A stretch of DNA of 63,003 bases, counting the filler, from Octopus bimaculoides (taxonomy: Eukaryota): assembly GCF_001194135.2 (NCBI RefSeq). It is 4 parts of 4 records of this genome, joined end to end, with 100 filler letters (N's around TTAATTAATTAA, not from the genome) between each part and the next. Parts side by side here need not be neighbours in the genome. Positions count along the whole stretch, not along the records: positions 1 to 28,970 come from NC_068985.1; positions 29,071 to 56,570 come from NC_068989.1; 2 more parts are not named here. One strand, 5' to 3'. The notes under the pieces were generated by a model. The model did not search any database, was not told where the DNA came from, and was given only the letters and a program-made list of their open reading frames with translations. This document shows, in pieces, positions 27,812 to 39,420 of this stretch; positions within the stretch are counted from its first letter, which is position 1, and each line of letters opens with the position of its first letter. The position numbers and the translations under genes were made by a program.

Positions 27812-28348
27812 AGGTAAATATTTGAGTTCGAAATAAGGAGTTATTATGGAAAAAGAAGAGATAGGGAATGTAGAGAGAAATAAGAGAATGAAAGTAGAAA
27901 TAAAATATAAAATATATGAAGATATAGTAGTTGCAGTTCCATTATTCGAGGAAAGTGGTGTATAGAAGTGGTAAAATAGTTTCCTGTACATGGTATGTAA
28001 GTTCCAATAGTAGTTCATGTTTAGTCATTTCAAAGTATGGAGCCGTGGATTCTGTGTTGCTCATTCGAAAGGCTTTACACCACAAGACCCTTTCGAATGA
28101 GCAACACAGAATCCACGGCTCCATATTTGAAATGACTAAACATGAACTACTATTGGAACTTACATACCATGTACAGGAAACTATTTTACCACTTCTATAC
28201 ACCACTTTCCTCGAATAATGGAACTGCAACTATAACATTTTTATATATTTTATATTTTATTCCAACTTTCATTCTCTTATTTCCCTCTACGTTCTCTATC
28301 TCTTCCTTTTCCATAATAATTGCTTATTTCGAACTCAAATATTTACCT
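27812..28348. repeat. 537-bp palindrome (~260-bp arms, 16-nt spacer), inverted duplication of a PLE 3' end
   Basis: Arms 27812-28072 and 28089-28348 are reverse complements; ORF-track translations 27931(+) and 27942(-) are nearly identical. Confidence 0.95.
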
Positions 28349-28851
28349 CTCTCTATATATATGGTAATACAAGACGCACATTAGACTCCTTACTCGTATC
28401 ACTATCGAATCAAGAGTTTAACTACGGTCTGTCCATAGCACTTACTTAGCGTTATATATATATATATATCTTTTATCCAAGGTGTAAAATGCCAGTTGAT
28501 AAATAAATCCTTTGTATGGTCTTATTCACTCATTGGAAGTATGTATACCCAAAGTGATGTGTCATTTTCTGTAGTTTACAGACTAAATCCATAGATATAG
28601 TAACAGATAAAACACAATTATAATCAAAATACAAAATATAGGAATATAGAAATTGACAAAAAAAAAAGTCGGGTAAGGTTGATTATAAATTACAATTCTA
28701 TCTTCATGGTCAGATTATAAGGAAGAAAGTGCAAAACAGAATGAAGAATAATAAAGTGGTGAAAATTGATAATTTCAGTACTTATTAGCTGTTTCTTTGT
28801 TACCGTGAAGGATCCAAATTACACTATGACTTTCGGGACAAAATATCCATC

Positions 28852-28852
28852 C

Positions 28853-28917
<65 letters not shown>

Positions 28918-28970
28918 CCTATCTACCTATCTATCTATCTATATATCTATCTATCTATCTATCTATCTCT
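28852..28970. repeat. (ATCT)n microsatellite
   Basis: Direct. Confidence 0.95.
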
Positions 28971-29070
28971 NNNNNNNNNNNNNNNNNNNNNNNNNNNNNN
29001 NNNNNNNNNNNNNNTTAATTAATTAANNNNNNNNNNNNNNNNNNNNNNNNNNNNNNNNNNNNNNNNNNNN
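28971..29070. other. Artificial assembly linker (44N-TTAATTAATTAA-44N)
   Basis: Exactly 100 bp, six-frame stop sequence; identical blocks at 56571 and 58562. Confidence 0.95.
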
Positions 29071-29682
29071 TATATAAGCAAAAATTTAGATTCAGATGAA
29101 TTAGGTACTTAAGTTGAGCCACGAGAATTGAAAAATGCAACCATTACATCAGTTTAAATGCAGAGCAATCCTCAGCTGCATAAATACAGAGAATTAAATT
29201 AAATTAAAACAGAGGGACACATTGGTATAATTTTACATAAAGCCTCCAAGAAGGTAAGGCGATAGACAAAGAACATGCTGTCTTCACTTCAGCTTAGAAG
29301 CAACTAAGGTATCAGGAGAGATGCAGCTTGTCACTGTTTTTTGAGGTTAGTTTTAATATATAGTCTTGTTTATCAAATGTCTGTATATCAAAATCTAAGG
29401 TCGGAGAACAAGGAGAAGTGTCTGTTAGGAAAGGGGCTGAGGGAGTCGACAGAAATCATAGTAGGTATAGTCATAAAATTATCAAGATTAATTTGAAACA
29501 ATATAATAAGATTTGGTAAAGGAAGTCTTAAATCAAGATGTTAGCTGACAATTGAAGGGGCAAGATTCCAGTAAACCGATGATGATAATAGAGGGGGAAT
29601 TTTATCAGCCACTCCTTCGCCTATATTGTTTAAAATATTTAACTATAGTACTCCATGATAAAATTCCCCCTGTATTAACCAT

Positions 29683-29834
29683 GCTTGCTTACCAACTACA
29701 TGGTACCGGGTTCAGTCTCACTGCGTGGCACCTTGGGCAAGTGTCTTCTACTATAGCCTCGGGTCGACCAAAGCCTTGTGAGTGAATTTGGAAGACGGAA
29801 CCTGAAAGAAGCCCGTCGTATAAATATATATTAA

Positions 29835-29901
<67 letters not shown>

Positions 29902-30098
29902 TGTCCCTCCCCCAACATCGCTTGAAAACCGATGCTGGCCTGTTTACGTTCCCGTAACATAGCGGTTCGGCAAAAGAGACCAATAGAATAAGTACTAGGC
30001 TTACAAGGAATAAGTCCTGGGGTCGATTTGCTCGACTAAAAAGCGGTGCTTCAGCATGGCCTCAGTCAAATGACTGAAACAAATAAAAGAGTAAAAGA
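29683..30098 (+). mobile_element. SINE family A, near full length
   Basis: gcttgcttaccaac...gcgtggcaccttgggcaagtgtcttc...(TG)n...aataagtcctggggtcgatttgctcgac. Confidence 0.85.
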
Positions 30099-32030
30099 TT
30101 AATATTGCAACCTTGTATAAAGTTTAAATTTAGGGTTATTCAGAAGATTATTAAGAAGAATATTATAACAAAAGGATAAAATATTTTTGAATGCTTTTGA
30201 GTATATACCAAATTTATCACAATAAAGGGAGGAAAAGTAACTACATAGAAATAGTTTAATATTTATAGATATTATATACTTAAATACTAACTTATTAAAT
30301 GATATCTATGAAGATTGATCATTAGCATTTACTGGTATTTAATAAAGGCAAAAGAACATGCTAACTAAAACTTAATTAAATTATAATCTAAGCAGTTTAT
30401 TTTAAGTTGTCAATATACCAGTATTGTTTTATATAAGCTAAATATGAATTTACATGGGTACAAAACTTAAGTTTATTTTATAAAGGCTATTATAAACTAA
30501 TAAAATGATCGGGTAGGGTAGAACACCATAGAAAAGGAATAAAATAGCTTAATCACTAAAAAACCATGATGATGTATATATACCTTATTAACATCAATAG
30601 AGAAGACTTATAGAAAATGTATAATAATTCATGTATTTAAACTAAAAATTGTTTATTTACTTATTTAGCTTGTATCTATAAAGACTGATACCTGGTATTA
30701 ACTAAAGGAATATTGATGTTATAGGTCATGCTAACTATATAGTAATTATAAACTAAAAGGTATCTTATAGGTTTTAAAAGTTTTATGTATGTTGATCCAT
30801 ACATGATATTGTAGTTTCTTAGGGGTACTTAATCAGAAGGGCTATTTACATAAAGGCCCTTATAAATACTAAGATCAGGAGTGTGGAACACATTAAGTAA
30901 GGGGATAAATAAAATAATTACTAAAACCATGACGAAATTTGATCAACTAGGCAGGAAAATTCATATGAATAGTATACTAACTTAGTTTAGCACACTAACT
31001 AACTATACTATATAGCTTTTATTATATTATAATATATGCAATGAGCTTTAGTAAGTGTCCATCAAAATCAATACAATCGCATACCTATAAAGTGCTACGT
31101 TCGTAAATATCTACAAGTACAGGTGACACTATGTACCATGACACCCTAAGCTCTAATTTGTTATTAATTGGTTTGACTTTATCTTTATGCTTAAAAATTT
31201 CTTGTTTCCATAGAGCATAGCTGTGCTCTACAGAAACATAAAATTTTTAATCATAAAGATAAACGCACGCACACACACACACGTCCATTTCGTATATCTT
31301 CTTTCAATTTCTGCTCTCTGCAAATAAAATTTTTTTACGGATACCACTGCTTACAAAAATAGGGATTAATGTATAATTTCTTTCAATGTTTTAATGATTA
31401 CAAAGAGGTCCATCCAATACAATGGTTCCTAGAAACAGAATACGTTCAAATACATCAATCATGACGACACACACCTTCACTCACTCACTCTCTCTCTCTC
31501 TTTCTCACCCTCTTNNNNNNNNNNNNNNNNNNNNNNNNNNNNNNNNNNNNNNNNNNNNNNNNNNNNNNNNNNNNNNNNNNNNNNNNNNNNNNNNNNNNNN
31601 NNNNNNNNNNNNNNNNNNNNNNNNNNNNNNNNNNNNNNNNNNNNNNNNNNNNNNNNNNNNNNNNNNNNNNNNNNNNNNNNNNNNNNNNNNNNNNNNNNNN
31701 NNNNNNNNNNNNNNNNNNNNNNNNNNNNNNNNNNNNNNNNNNNNNNNNNNNNNNNNNNNNNNNNNNNNNNNNNNNNNNNNNNNNNNNNNNNNNNNNNNNN
31801 NNNNNNNNNNNNNNNNNNNNNNNNNNNNNNNNNNNNNNNNNNNNNNNNNNNNNNNNNNNNNNNNNNNNNNNNNNNNNNNNNNNNNNNNNNNNNNNNNNNN
31901 NNNNNNNNNNNNNNNNNNNNNNNNNNNNNNNNNNNNNNNNNNNNNNNNNNNNNNNNNNNNNNNNNNNNNNNNNNNNNNNNNNNNNNNNNNNNNNNNNNNN
32001 NNNNNNNNNNNNNNNNNNNNNNNNNNNNNN

Positions 32031-32350
32031 CCTAGGGTTAGGGTTAGGGTTAGGGTTAAAGCAAATTTAAAATGAAAAAAGCAAATAAAACGAAGGTATG
32101 GAGATTAAATACGCGTTACATCGCTTAATCAGCCAAAGGAGTAAATATAAACAACTGAATACTTGTCAGTGATTGGTTGAAATTATCGAAATAAGACAAT
32201 TTTTTTACATGAAATAAATTCGAATACAAAAATATTTGTCTGTTCTATAACACAAAATAGATAAGTATACGAAGTTTGAAAGTCTTTCCGCACCAAAAAC
32301 ACTACGTAAAACATTAATGAAAAATGTGGCCCCCATTTTAAAATAGATCC
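32031..32350 (+). repeat. 320-bp repeat arm starting with CCTAGG(GTTAGG)n telomeric repeats; inverted partner at 43542-43861
   Basis: ~98% identical by hand to the reverse complement of 43542-43861. Confidence 0.9.
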
Positions 32351-33097
32351 CATATATCTTTCAATTTCTGCTCTCTGATTACACAGAAGTCCAATACAAC
32401 AGCTCTCAGGTACATATTCTTCTCTAAAAAGGTACGTGTCTATTTTTTCTGTAAGCATATAAGAATGACTTATTCGATACTTCTCCAGTTAGCTTTTATC
32501 TTCACTCTTCTTAAATTGGATAGGTCTGCTATTAAGTTGCAGAAGTTTGGCAGTACTGTTAAAAATCATTTCTGATTTACTCCTTACATACAATTTTCCC
32601 GTAAATTCTTACAGCTTCATTTTTGGTGATGATTGAAATGTCAAACATTTTCTAACTGTTAAAGCAATTCTTAACGTCAACTTTTTCATGCGTCTCTATA
32701 GTTACAGTTTCTGATTCAAACTACATAATAGGCAGAATTGTCGGATTAAAACAGTAGGGTGCTTTGAGGGAGATTTGGCGGCTATTTCTACCAGGTCTAG
32801 CTACCATGTAGAGGTCTGAACTTAATTTTCATTCACATATTATCATTTCAAAAATTGAACATAATCTTTTTCATAAATCAACTATCGTAAAAATTTTATA
32901 CGATTACCTCACATTTTCTATGTATGTCAATCATCACGACACAGCTTTACTTACTCACTATATCTCTCTTTTTCACCCTCTTTCTCTCTCGCATACACAC
33001 GCCCAAGCACGGATACACGCGCACACATACACATACACATAGACACGCACATGCACACACACACGCACACACGCACACAGACACAGACACAGAAACA

Positions 33098-33153
<56 letters not shown>

Positions 33154-34628
33154 NNNNNNNNNNNNNNNNNNNNNNNNNNNNNNNNNNNNNNNNNNNNNNN
33201 NNNNNNNNNNNNNNNNNNNNNNNNNNNNNNNNNNNNNNNNNNNNNNNNNNNNNNNNNNNNNNNNNNNNNNNNNNNNNNNNNNNNNNNNNNNNNNNNNNNN
33301 NNNNNNNNNNNNNNNNNNNNNNNNNNNNNNNNNNNNNNNNNNNNNNNNNNNNNNNNNNNNNNNNNNNNNNNNNNNNNNNNNNNNNNNNNNNNNNNNNNNN
33401 NNNNNNNNNNNNNNNNNNNNNNNNNNNNNNNNNNNNNNNNNNNNNNNNNNNNNNNNNNNNNNNNNNNNNNNNNNNNNNNNNNNNNNNNNNNNNNNNNNNN
33501 NNNNNNNNNNNNNNNNNNNNNNNNNNNNNNNNCACACACACACACACACACACACACACGCATTTCATATATCTTCTTTTAAATTCTGCCCTCTGCAAAT
33601 AAATTTTTTACGGATACAACTGCTTACAAAAATAGGGATTAATGTATAATTTCTTTCTATGTTCATAATTAAATGAATGCTTTAATGATTAGACAGAGGT
33701 CCAATAGAATAGTGCTCAGAAACAGACTACGTACAAATTCTTTCGTCACAACTCCTGAAGCTGTTTTCTAACAAGGCTGGGGGTCAGAAAATTTTCATAC
33801 AGCTGGAGGCTACAATCGAAACACACACACACACACAATAGAAACAATGGTTCTGGGAGATAGAATATACTGAAAACTATTTATCACAACGATCGTTTCG
33901 ACATATCCTGCATCGCTTCCTCACAGATGGGAAACTATACTATGAATTATGGTGCATCCCATGGTGAAGAAGCATCTTTTCTGCAACGTGGGATGCACCA
34001 ATACTCGATCGGTGTGATAGATAAATTTTCCAGTATTCTCTGGGGGTATTTTTGTTTTACAGAGAATGAACCTTTTACATTGAATTAGCGATAACCTGAC
34101 TTGGAATCTCTAGCAAATAATTTATTGAGCATTTTGCCATTTATACGTTGTAGATTTACACTTTAGTTTTGCAGCTGTACCTGTGCGTTGCTGTTTCAGT
34201 TGTGCAGTTTAGAGTCCAGGATTCTGAATCCCGTATCACCAAATCGCCTCTATAGTTTCTTTCTCACGTCTTGATGATGTGTGAAGNNNNNNNNNNNNNN
34301 NNNNNNNNNNNNNNNNNNNNNNNNNNNNNNNNNNNNNNNNNNNNNNNNNNNNNNNNNNNNNNNNNNNNNNNNNNNNNNNNNNNNNNNNNNNNNNNNNNNN
34401 NNNNNNNNNNNNNNNNNNNNNNNNNNNNNNNNNNNNNNNNNNNNNNNNNNNNNNNNNNNNNNNNNNNNNNNNNCGTACCCATGCTGGTTCAGGCTTTCTG
34501 CTTGAATCTGGAATACGTGCTTCAGCTCTTTGCAAAGCACTAGTGATGTAATAGCTGAGATGTATATCAAAACTTCTTTTTCTTTTACTTTCTTTCAGAA
34601 TTTCATCAGCAGTTGAGCCATTCATATC

Positions 34629-36109
34629 ATGGAAGGACTGAAGTATATTTTCATAATTTCTTTGTTACAAACTTCTATCTATGCGCAAGATCCGATAATT
34701 GATACTACCACTGGGAAGATTAAAGGATCAAACATTTCAGTTCAGAATGTTAATCTTGATGTATTTCTTGGAATACCATTTGCTAAACCTCCTGTGGGTA
34801 ATCTAAGATTTAGAAGACCGGAACCAATTGAAAGGTGGAGTGGCATAAAAGACACCAAGGAACATGTTTCGGCGTGTGTACAACAAGTACAGGGAGGTAT
34901 TGGTGGTGAAAGTTTATGGAATCTAAAAACTAATATAAGTGAAGATTGTCTTTATTTGAACATTTGGGCACCGACAGAATCACGGAAGTCTCGTTCCAAT
35001 TTAACCACGATGATTTGGATACATGGAGGTGCATTTGTTTCAGGCTCAAGTACGCTGGAAATATATGATGGAAAATGGTTAGCTACCAGTCAAAATATTA
35101 TCGTTGCATCATTAAATTACAGACTAGGTCCCTTTGGTTTCCTTTCCTTAAATGACGAGCGTGCTCCGGGTAATATGGGACTGCTTGATCAAAACCTCGC
35201 TATAAAGTGGATTCGCGATAATATTGCATCTTTCGGAGGAGACCCTGATAGCCTGACACTATTTGGACATAGTGCTGGTTCAGCATCTGTTGGTTTTCAT
35301 ACTATTTCCCCACTTTCTCGGAAGCTTTTCAAGAATGCTATCATGATGAGTGGGTCAACTACCTCCCCCTGGGCAATTAGATCAATAGATAGAAACATTG
35401 ATAGAGCAAAAGCAATGGCTTTTGCTCTTAAATGTCCAATGGGTAACACTAAAGCGATGATAGATTGCTTTTTAGAAGCTGATGCTAAAAAACTTGCTGA
35501 AGCCCAATCTTTCAATTTAGATGACTACTTAAAAGTTACTTTCACTCCTGTTGTCGATAATTACTTCCTATCAGGAAATCTAAGTGAAATTCTGAACGAT
35601 AAAACCGTGAAAAAAGATGTGCTAACTGGTTTTGTCGAAAATGAAGGAAGTGTTTTTCTTCTAGTGGCATTTCCCAAAGAATTACCAATAAAAGGGAATG
35701 CGCAGATAGGAACAGATACTGCACATAAATTAATAAAAAGTGTTACTGAGCCAACAAATCTAAATTCTCTGCAAATGGATGTCATCACATATCTTTATGG
35801 TTCTCGTGTTTTCTCCTTTCCTGAAACTGAAAAATACAGATACATAATAGAGCAAGTAGCAGGAGATACAGCATTTAAGTGTCCTGCCTTCAAATTTGCC
35901 GAGCAGTTCAGCAGTCATTCCAACGTCTACATGTATTCTTTCGAGTTTCGATCGCGATTAAATCTCTGGCCGAAATGGTTGGGTGTAGTGCATGGATATG
36001 ATGTTATATTCGCGTTTGCGCGCCCGTTACCTAAAAAAGATTATGCAGATGAAGATAAAATAGTAACAGAACGAATGTCAAGCTTTTTTGTTAACTTTTC
36101 TAAATCAGG
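34629..36109 (+). CDS. Large first coding exon of a secreted cholinesterase-like carboxylesterase (alpha/beta hydrolase); 3' exon(s) not in visible sequence
   Basis: Signal-peptide-like N-terminus; FLGIPFAKPP, SEDCLYLNIW, WIHGGAF, NYRLG, GHSAG (S215), NEG (E339), WLGVVHGY (H455); acceptor tttctttcag at 34598; donor GG/GTGAGT at 36110, so the ORF-track stop at 36111-36113 is intronic. Confidence 0.96.
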
Positions 36110-36376
36110 GTGAGTTTTTATTTATTTATTTGCTTATGTTATTTTTTGCGTGTATTGGTGTGTGTATGTGTGTGTCTATACTAATTTTTGGTCTCCTTTT
36201 TATAATTCTTGCTCGTTCTATAGCAATTTCTGTACACTGAGAGAAGTACGTATATTTACTTACCTCACACTTTCGCATACAAAGCGATTCATTCAATTAC
36301 ACAGGTACAGACGTAGAGAAACATACACACGCGCTCGCTTGCATACACACAAGCTCTCTCTCTCTCACACACACAC

Positions 36377-36431
<55 letters not shown>

Positions 36432-36941
36432 CACACNNNNNNNNNNNNNNNNNNNNNNNNNNNNNNNNNNNNNNNNNNNNNNNNNNNNNNNNNNNNNNNN
36501 NNNNNNNNNNNNNNNNNNNNNNNNNNNNNNNNNNNNNNNNNNNNNNNNNNNNNNNNNNNNNNNNNNNNNNNNNNNNNNNNNNNNNNNNNNNNNNNNNNNN
36601 NNNNNNNNNNNNNNNNNNNNNNNNNNNNNNNNNNNNNNNNNNNNNNNNNNNNNNNNNNNNNNNNNNNNNNNNNNNNNNNNNNNNNNNNNNNNNNNNNNNN
36701 NNNNNNNNNNNNNNNNNNNNNNNNNNNNNNNNNNNNNNNNNNNNNNNNNNNNNNNNNNNNNNNNNNNNNNNNNNNNNNNNNNNNNNNNNNNNNNNNNNNN
36801 NNNNNNNNNNCAATGTTTCTATACTCAAAATTTTATAACATTTTTCTGACATAACGATTTAAATATATACTTTAACCATGTAACACAAGCCTTCTGTAGT
36901 TTTTTCACTCTTGTTTATCTTTTATATATATATATATATAT

Positions 36942-36984
<43 letters not shown>

Positions 36985-36990
36985 CATTTT

Positions 36991-37924
36991 AGTCACCCCA
37001 TTAGTAATGTCCGGATTTTAAATAAGGGAAAGCAAGTGATCAAATCTTACACTTTAATGAAACTTGATCGTCAATATAGTTCCCATTATCATCTATGACA
37101 TTTTCCCATCTACTCGTAAGTTTTTTTTTATCGCATTAGTGAAAATCTCTTTCGGTTTTGATGAGGAGAACCCTGAAAGATCAATTTCGACTTCCTCAGT
37201 TATTTTGAGAGTTAATCCATCCAAATGATTCTACGGAACAAATGGTCATCTGAAAAGCGAGGTCTGGGGAATAAGGTGGATGAGCAATTTTCTCCAAGCC
37301 AAGTTTCTCGATCTTCTGTGACGTGATCTTTACAGAGGGATCTTGCATTGTCCTGGTGAAACACCATACCCTTTTGATTCACTAAAGCAGGACTTCTTCA
37401 AAGCATCGTTCAAACGCTCTAATAGTTGAAAGTAGATTTGCTCATTGATTGGTGCATTAGCTGGTATCAACTCAAAGTGGATGACTCCTTAGCAGTCCCA
37501 CCACACAGAGAGGAGGACCTTATTCGCATGGAGTTCTTTTTTTGTGGTTGGGCTTTTTCGCCATCAGCAAACCAATGTCTACAACGTTTAACATTTTGAT
37601 GAAAGACCCATTTTTCATCACCGGTCACTTGTCTGTCTGTGCAAATAAGGTGAGGTGAGTTCATGAGAATGAAGAGAAGAGCAGATGTCTACTCGGAATT
37701 TGCGGTTGGCTTCAGATAAATCACGAGGCACCCATTTTCCGAGTTTTGGTACCTTTCCAAGCTGTTGAAAGTAGTAGTGAACAGCTGTGTGGCCTGCACG
37801 AAGCTTACTTGCCAATTCTTCAACTGAAACTCCATGATCTTTGCATTAGACATACTAGAAGACTGTTAATGTGTTTACAAATTTAAAATAAAGAAGTCCG
37901 GACATTACTTTCGGGATGACCTGG
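36991..37924 (-). mobile_element. Mariner element with imperfect TIRs and decayed transposase
   Basis: TIRs ~CAGGTCATCCCGAAAGTAATGTCCGGA at both ends; WVPRDLS, VTGDEKWV, HQDNAR, PYSPDL motifs. Confidence 0.88.
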
Positions 37925-37982
<58 letters not shown>

Positions 37983-38010
37983 CCTAGATAGATAGATCGA
38001 TCGATCGATC

Positions 38011-38070
<60 letters not shown>
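37925..38070. repeat. (TATC)n followed by inverted (GATA)n microsatellite
   Basis: Direct. Confidence 0.9.
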
Positions 38071-38633
38071 NNNNNNNNNNNNNNNNNNNNNNNNNNNNNN
38101 NNNNNNNNNNNNNNNNNNNNNNNNNNNNNNNNNNNNNNNNNNNNNNNNNNNNNNNNNNNNNNNNNNNNNNNNNNNNNNNNNNNNNNNNNNNNNNNNNNNN
38201 NNNNNNNNNNNNNNNNNNNNNNNNNNNNNNNNNNNNNNNNNNNNNNNNNNNNNNNNNNNNNNNNNNNNNNNNNNNNNNNNNNNNNNNNNNNNNNNNNNNN
38301 NNNNNNNNNNNNNNNNNNNNNNNNNNNNNNNNNNNNNNNNNNNNNNNNNNNNNNNNNNNNNNNNNNNNNNNNNNNNNNNNNNNNNNNNNNNNNNNNNNNN
38401 NNNNNNNNNNNNNNNNNNNNNNNNNNNNNNNNNNNNNNNNNNNNNNNNNNNNNNNNNNNNNNNNNNNNNNNNNNNNNNNNNNNNNNNNNNNNNNNNNNNN
38501 NNNNNNNNNNNNNNNNNNNNNNNNNNNNNNNNNNNNNNNNNNNNNNNNNNNNNNNNNNNNNNNNNNNNNNNNNNNNNNNNNNNNNNNNNNNNNNNNNNNN
38601 NNNNNNNNNNNNNNNNNNNNNNNNNNNNNNNNN

Positions 38634-39420
38634 TTTTGTCAAATCCTTCCATCCTGCCCTCCACTTCTCCTGCACTATCTCTAACACCTCTGTCTCCTTT
38701 CTTGACATTTCAGTCAGCATTCATCACCCTACTCTCACCACCTCTATCCACTACAAACACACAGACTCACACTCATACCTCAACTTCTCCTCCTCCCACT
38801 CTAAACACACCAAGCTTTCCATCCCCTATTCCCAATTCCTCCGTCTGCGCAGGCTCTGTAGTGACGACCATGACTTTGAGACTCAGTCTCATCTCATGGC
38901 TCGCTACTTCATCCTACGTGGATATCCCCTCAACACTACCCACAACGCCGTTGCCAGTGCACGTTCTGTGGACCATGCATCTGCTCTCACCTCCTAACCC
39001 GCCCCGCCGTCTCCCGTCTCCCGACTCCCGTTTCCCCTCACCTACCACCCGACCACCCTATCTCTCCAACCACTCTTCTTTCAGAGTGTGAAAGAAGAGT
39101 GGTTGATGGATAGAGATGGGAATGGAGATGAATGCAGTGATTGATGAATATGAGTGGAGGTGTGATAAATGGTAATACCAGCTGGTAGGAGGAAAGGTGA
39201 AGGAAATAAGATTGAATCAGGGAGATGATATGTGACAGCACAGTTGATGCGGAATGTGGACAGTGTGCTCGAGATGCACAGCGCCAGGGAAAATGTTTGA
39301 GGTACATAGGGACTGAAAATAGTGGGGGCAGTCATTGGTAGTATGAAAGGGTGTAGAAGATAAGAGTGGAGGTGGAATGGGAATTTAGTCGAAAATATGA
39401 TGGTAGAGGATGATGCTGAG
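38634..39420. mobile_element. Two Penelope-like fragments in opposite orientation (+ 38634-39083; - 39089-39420)
   Basis: + part homologous to 46684-46900 (CSDDHDFETQSHLMARYFILRGYP); - part resembles the PLE Zn-linker (HFPWRCASRAHCPH). Confidence 0.7.

Noticed and set aside
30100-31100. Mitochondrial insertion (NUMT)
   Set aside because: AT-rich, but I recognised no mitochondrial protein, rRNA or tRNA motif.
35297-35788. Short overlapping ORFs antisense to or inside the esterase exon
   Set aside because: Shadow frames of the real CDS.
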